From an uncultured Aquiflexum sp. (lineage in GTDB: Bacteria; Bacteroidota; Bacteroidia; Cytophagales; Cyclobacteriaceae), in assembly GCA_964559905.1 (NCBI GenBank), contig CAZLJT010000001.1:1-51258 (forward strand): DNA of 51,258 nt, read 5' to 3'. This document shows positions 49,322 to 51,258 of this stretch, in pieces. A program made the position numbers and the translations under genes. Position 1 is the first letter of the stretch; every line of letters starts with the position of its first letter. The notes under the pieces are model-generated. The model saw only the letters and a list, made by a program, of their open reading frames with translations, searched no databases and was not told the DNA's origin.

Positions 49322-49753
49322 ATGACTAAAGAAGAATTTGATGCTTTCAAATCAGCCTATGACTTATCAGTCCGAAAGTGTATTAAAGGCAAAGATAAAA
49401 ACGGAAAGGATATAGAGGAACAAACAAAATGGATATGGTTTGATCGAAAAACCCTAATGGATTTATTAAATAATGCCGATGAGGAAACTGGGGGAATCAA
49501 AATGTATTTAGGTCAATATGATAAGAATAATATTAATATTTTGCCCGAAAAGTACCCTGATAGAGAAAGCTGTATAGGGAGGATTTCACTTGCTTTGACT
49601 CCTGCCAACAAATCTGAAGCGGGGATAATTGATGTGACTTCTTCCGGTGATATTTCAAGAACAAGCAGTGAGAGTGACCAAAGTTACTTGATTTTGAACG
49701 GGGGCACAATATGTCCACCTTTCTGTATTCCGCCACCACCACCTTCGGAATAA
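49322..49753 (+). CDS. Soluble 143-aa protein with C-terminal NGGTICPPFC motif, paralog 2 of 2
   Basis: Paralogy with 48153-48581; no signal peptide; Pro-rich tail IPPPPPSE. Confidence 0.88.
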   Translation: MTKEEFDAFKSAYDLSVRKCIKGKDKNGKDIEEQTKWIWFDRKTLMDLLNNADEETGGIKMYLGQYDKNNINILPEKYPDRESCIGRISLALTPANKSEAGIIDVTSSGDISRTSSESDQSYLILNGGTICPPFCIPPPPPSE

Positions 49754-49757
49754 ATTC

Positions 49758-50426
49758 ATGAATTATTTGCTATACTTAGGATTGATATGGTTGGGAATGA
49801 TTGTAAGTATTCCCACCTTTTTTATATCACAAAATCCCTATAAAAAACAACATCTTTGCATTTTTATTATTCTTACCGCTGTAGCTGTTTTGGAATCTTA
49901 TGGTACTTATACATCATTAAATGGGATCAATAATGTTTGGGCATTCAATATTGTATTTGTTTATTTAGAGACGCTGCTATTTTTGTATTTCTTTGCCTTG
50001 GTTTTCAATGACCCGAAATTTTTCAAAATAATCATTTTGTTGGCATCAGGATTTTTGATTTGGGGAATTATCAACACACTGTGGATTCAAACATTTGACC
50101 TTCTTCAAACATATTCATTTATAGTAGGCAGCATCTTAGTAATCGGCTGCAGCATCTATTTTTTTTATCGGATATTTGACGGAAATCTTTTTCGGGATCA
50201 GAATCTCTTTTCCGTTCCCTCATTTTGGATAGTAACCTTTGTGCTGTTTTTCTATGCTTGTTCTTTTTTATTTTTCGCTTCTTTCAGATTGATGGACGAA
50301 AGCAATTATGAATTATTGGGAAAAATCTACAGTTTGATAAAAGTTCTTGGGGTTTCAATGTACCTGGTGATGGGCACGGCATTTTATGCACCTTTGGTTT
50401 TCCAAAATAAGGGTGGAAAAAATTGA
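49758..50426 (+). CDS. Multi-pass (~7 TM) membrane protein, paralog 3 of 3
   Basis: QHLCIF..VLE..INNVWAFN..INTLWIQ..QTYS..NLFSVPSFW..FFYACSF..MYLVMGTAFYAP. Confidence 0.88.
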   Translation: MNYLLYLGLIWLGMIVSIPTFFISQNPYKKQHLCIFIILTAVAVLESYGTYTSLNGINNVWAFNIVFVYLETLLFLYFFALVFNDPKFFKIIILLASGFLIWGIINTLWIQTFDLLQTYSFIVGSILVIGCSIYFFYRIFDGNLFRDQNLFSVPSFWIVTFVLFFYACSFLFFASFRLMDESNYELLGKIYSLIKVLGVSMYLVMGTAFYAPLVFQNKGGKN

Positions 50427-50549
50427 TAGTCTCCCAGCTAAATTGGATAAGTGAACTGGAAATATAGGATCATTCATGTATCTTAGTCAAATCTTGGACC
50501 GTCACCAAAATTATCCCAAGAGAATCAACCAGATAACAATTGGCAAAAA

Positions 50550-51258
50550 ATGGAGAACAACGGATCAGACCTGTTCGTAATTATTCTTTTAGGGTTTTTT
50601 CTGATGCTATTCATGGTGTCATTCATCATCATCATGGTTATCTACCACCGTCAGCGTCAAATCCAAAACCAGCAAAAAGTAGAATCCATGAAAGCTGCCT
50701 ATGAAAATACCATCCTGAATGTGGAGAAAGAAATCAGGGAAGATATACTTAGCTATGTAGGTCGTGAACTTCACGATAATGTAGGCCAATTACTTTCTTT
50801 GGCAAAACTGAACCTCTCTAGCAGCAAAGCCGAAAAAGTCCACGAGGGAAAAGTTTTGATCAATGAAATTATCAGGGAGGTAAGATCACTTTCCAAGTCC
50901 TTGAATTTGGATTGGGTGGAATCGATTTCCTTGGAAGAATACATCAAAATGGAACTCGGTAAGCTTGAAAGTACCGAATTTTGCAAAGTTTCTTTCAAAA
51001 ACAATGGAAATCCCCTTCAGTTGGACAAAGAAAAAAAGCTTGTGCTCATCAGGATTATTCAGGAATCTCTGAACAACTCCATCAAACATGCCCAACCTTC
51101 CCTGATCGAGATTATTGTCAATTCCGATAATTCCAAATCCGAAATTGCCATTAAAGATGATGGTAAAGGTTTTGTCTTAAGTAATAATTCAGAAGGCTCA
51201 GGAATGTTTAATTTGAAAAACAGGATGACTACTATAGGCGGGGAACTCCTGATCCATT
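50550..51258 (+). CDS. Sensor histidine kinase, HisKA_3 (NarX/UhpB-like), single N-terminal TM; 3'-truncated by window edge and absent from the ORF track
   Basis: Manual translation: MENNGSDLFVIILLGFFLMLFMVSFIIIMVIYHRQRQ..GRELHDNVGQLLS (H-box)..IIQESLNNSIKHA (N-box)..IKDDGKGF (G1)..GSGMFNLKNR (G2). Confidence 0.95.
   Translation, partial: MENNGSDLFVIILLGFFLMLFMVSFIIIMVIYHRQRQIQNQQKVESMKAAYENTILNVEKEIREDILSYVGRELHDNVGQLLSLAKLNLSSSKAEKVHEGKVLINEIIREVRSLSKSLNLDWVESISLEEYIKMELGKLESTEFCKVSFKNNGNPLQLDKEKKLVLIRIIQESLNNSIKHAQPSLIEIIVNSDNSKSEIAIKDDGKGFVLSNNSEGSGMFNLKNRMTTIGGELLIH

Noticed and set aside
48328..49742. Minus-strand ORFs 48328-48600 and 49533-49742 opposite P1 and P2
   Set aside because: Their parallel positions are explained by paralogy of the plus-strand genes; the plus frames carry the conserved motifs and A-rich leaders.
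47413..50426. TM/P array as a toxin-immunity or lanthipeptide/bacteriocin cluster
   Set aside because: No modification enzyme, peptidase-containing transporter, double-glycine leader or toxin domain is visible; adjacency to a sensor-less kinase favours signalling, although genes beyond the window are unseen.
50771..51095. Two minus-strand ORFs in the track
   Set aside because: They are antisense to the histidine kinase, which the track missed because its stop lies outside the window.

Overview
AT-rich Bacteroidota chromosomal segment; gene content and order suggest Cytophagales, probably Cyclobacteriaceae (inference). It is mostly housekeeping: gltX, NifU/Nfu, pdxJ, the CBS-nadK-porG-uppS-bamA-skp-skp envelope block, polA, radA, ileS-lspA, dgt, ribD, msrC, LOG, rdgB, udk and secDF. 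Accessory genes are interspersed: a plug-domain fusion protein, a 1203-aa multi-TM protein, an S8 protease with a small I9-like partner, a VPS10/BNR protein and two DUF4382-like lipoproteins. No rRNA, tRNA, CRISPR array or transposase was recognised. The most striking feature is at the right end (47413-51258): three paralogous ~7-TM proteins alternate with two paralogous ~142-aa soluble proteins carrying a C-terminal N-x-G-T-x-C-P-P-x-C motif, directly upstream of a single-TM HisKA_3 kinase with no sensor domain. This is a candidate uncharacterised peptide/receptor signalling system. Also notable are a signal-peptide uORF ending in N-A-P-stop upstream of secDF (candidate arrest peptide), a GIHH-motif IleRS2, a frameshifted DUF1569-like relic, and oriented 7-nt-period tracts abutting start and stop codons.
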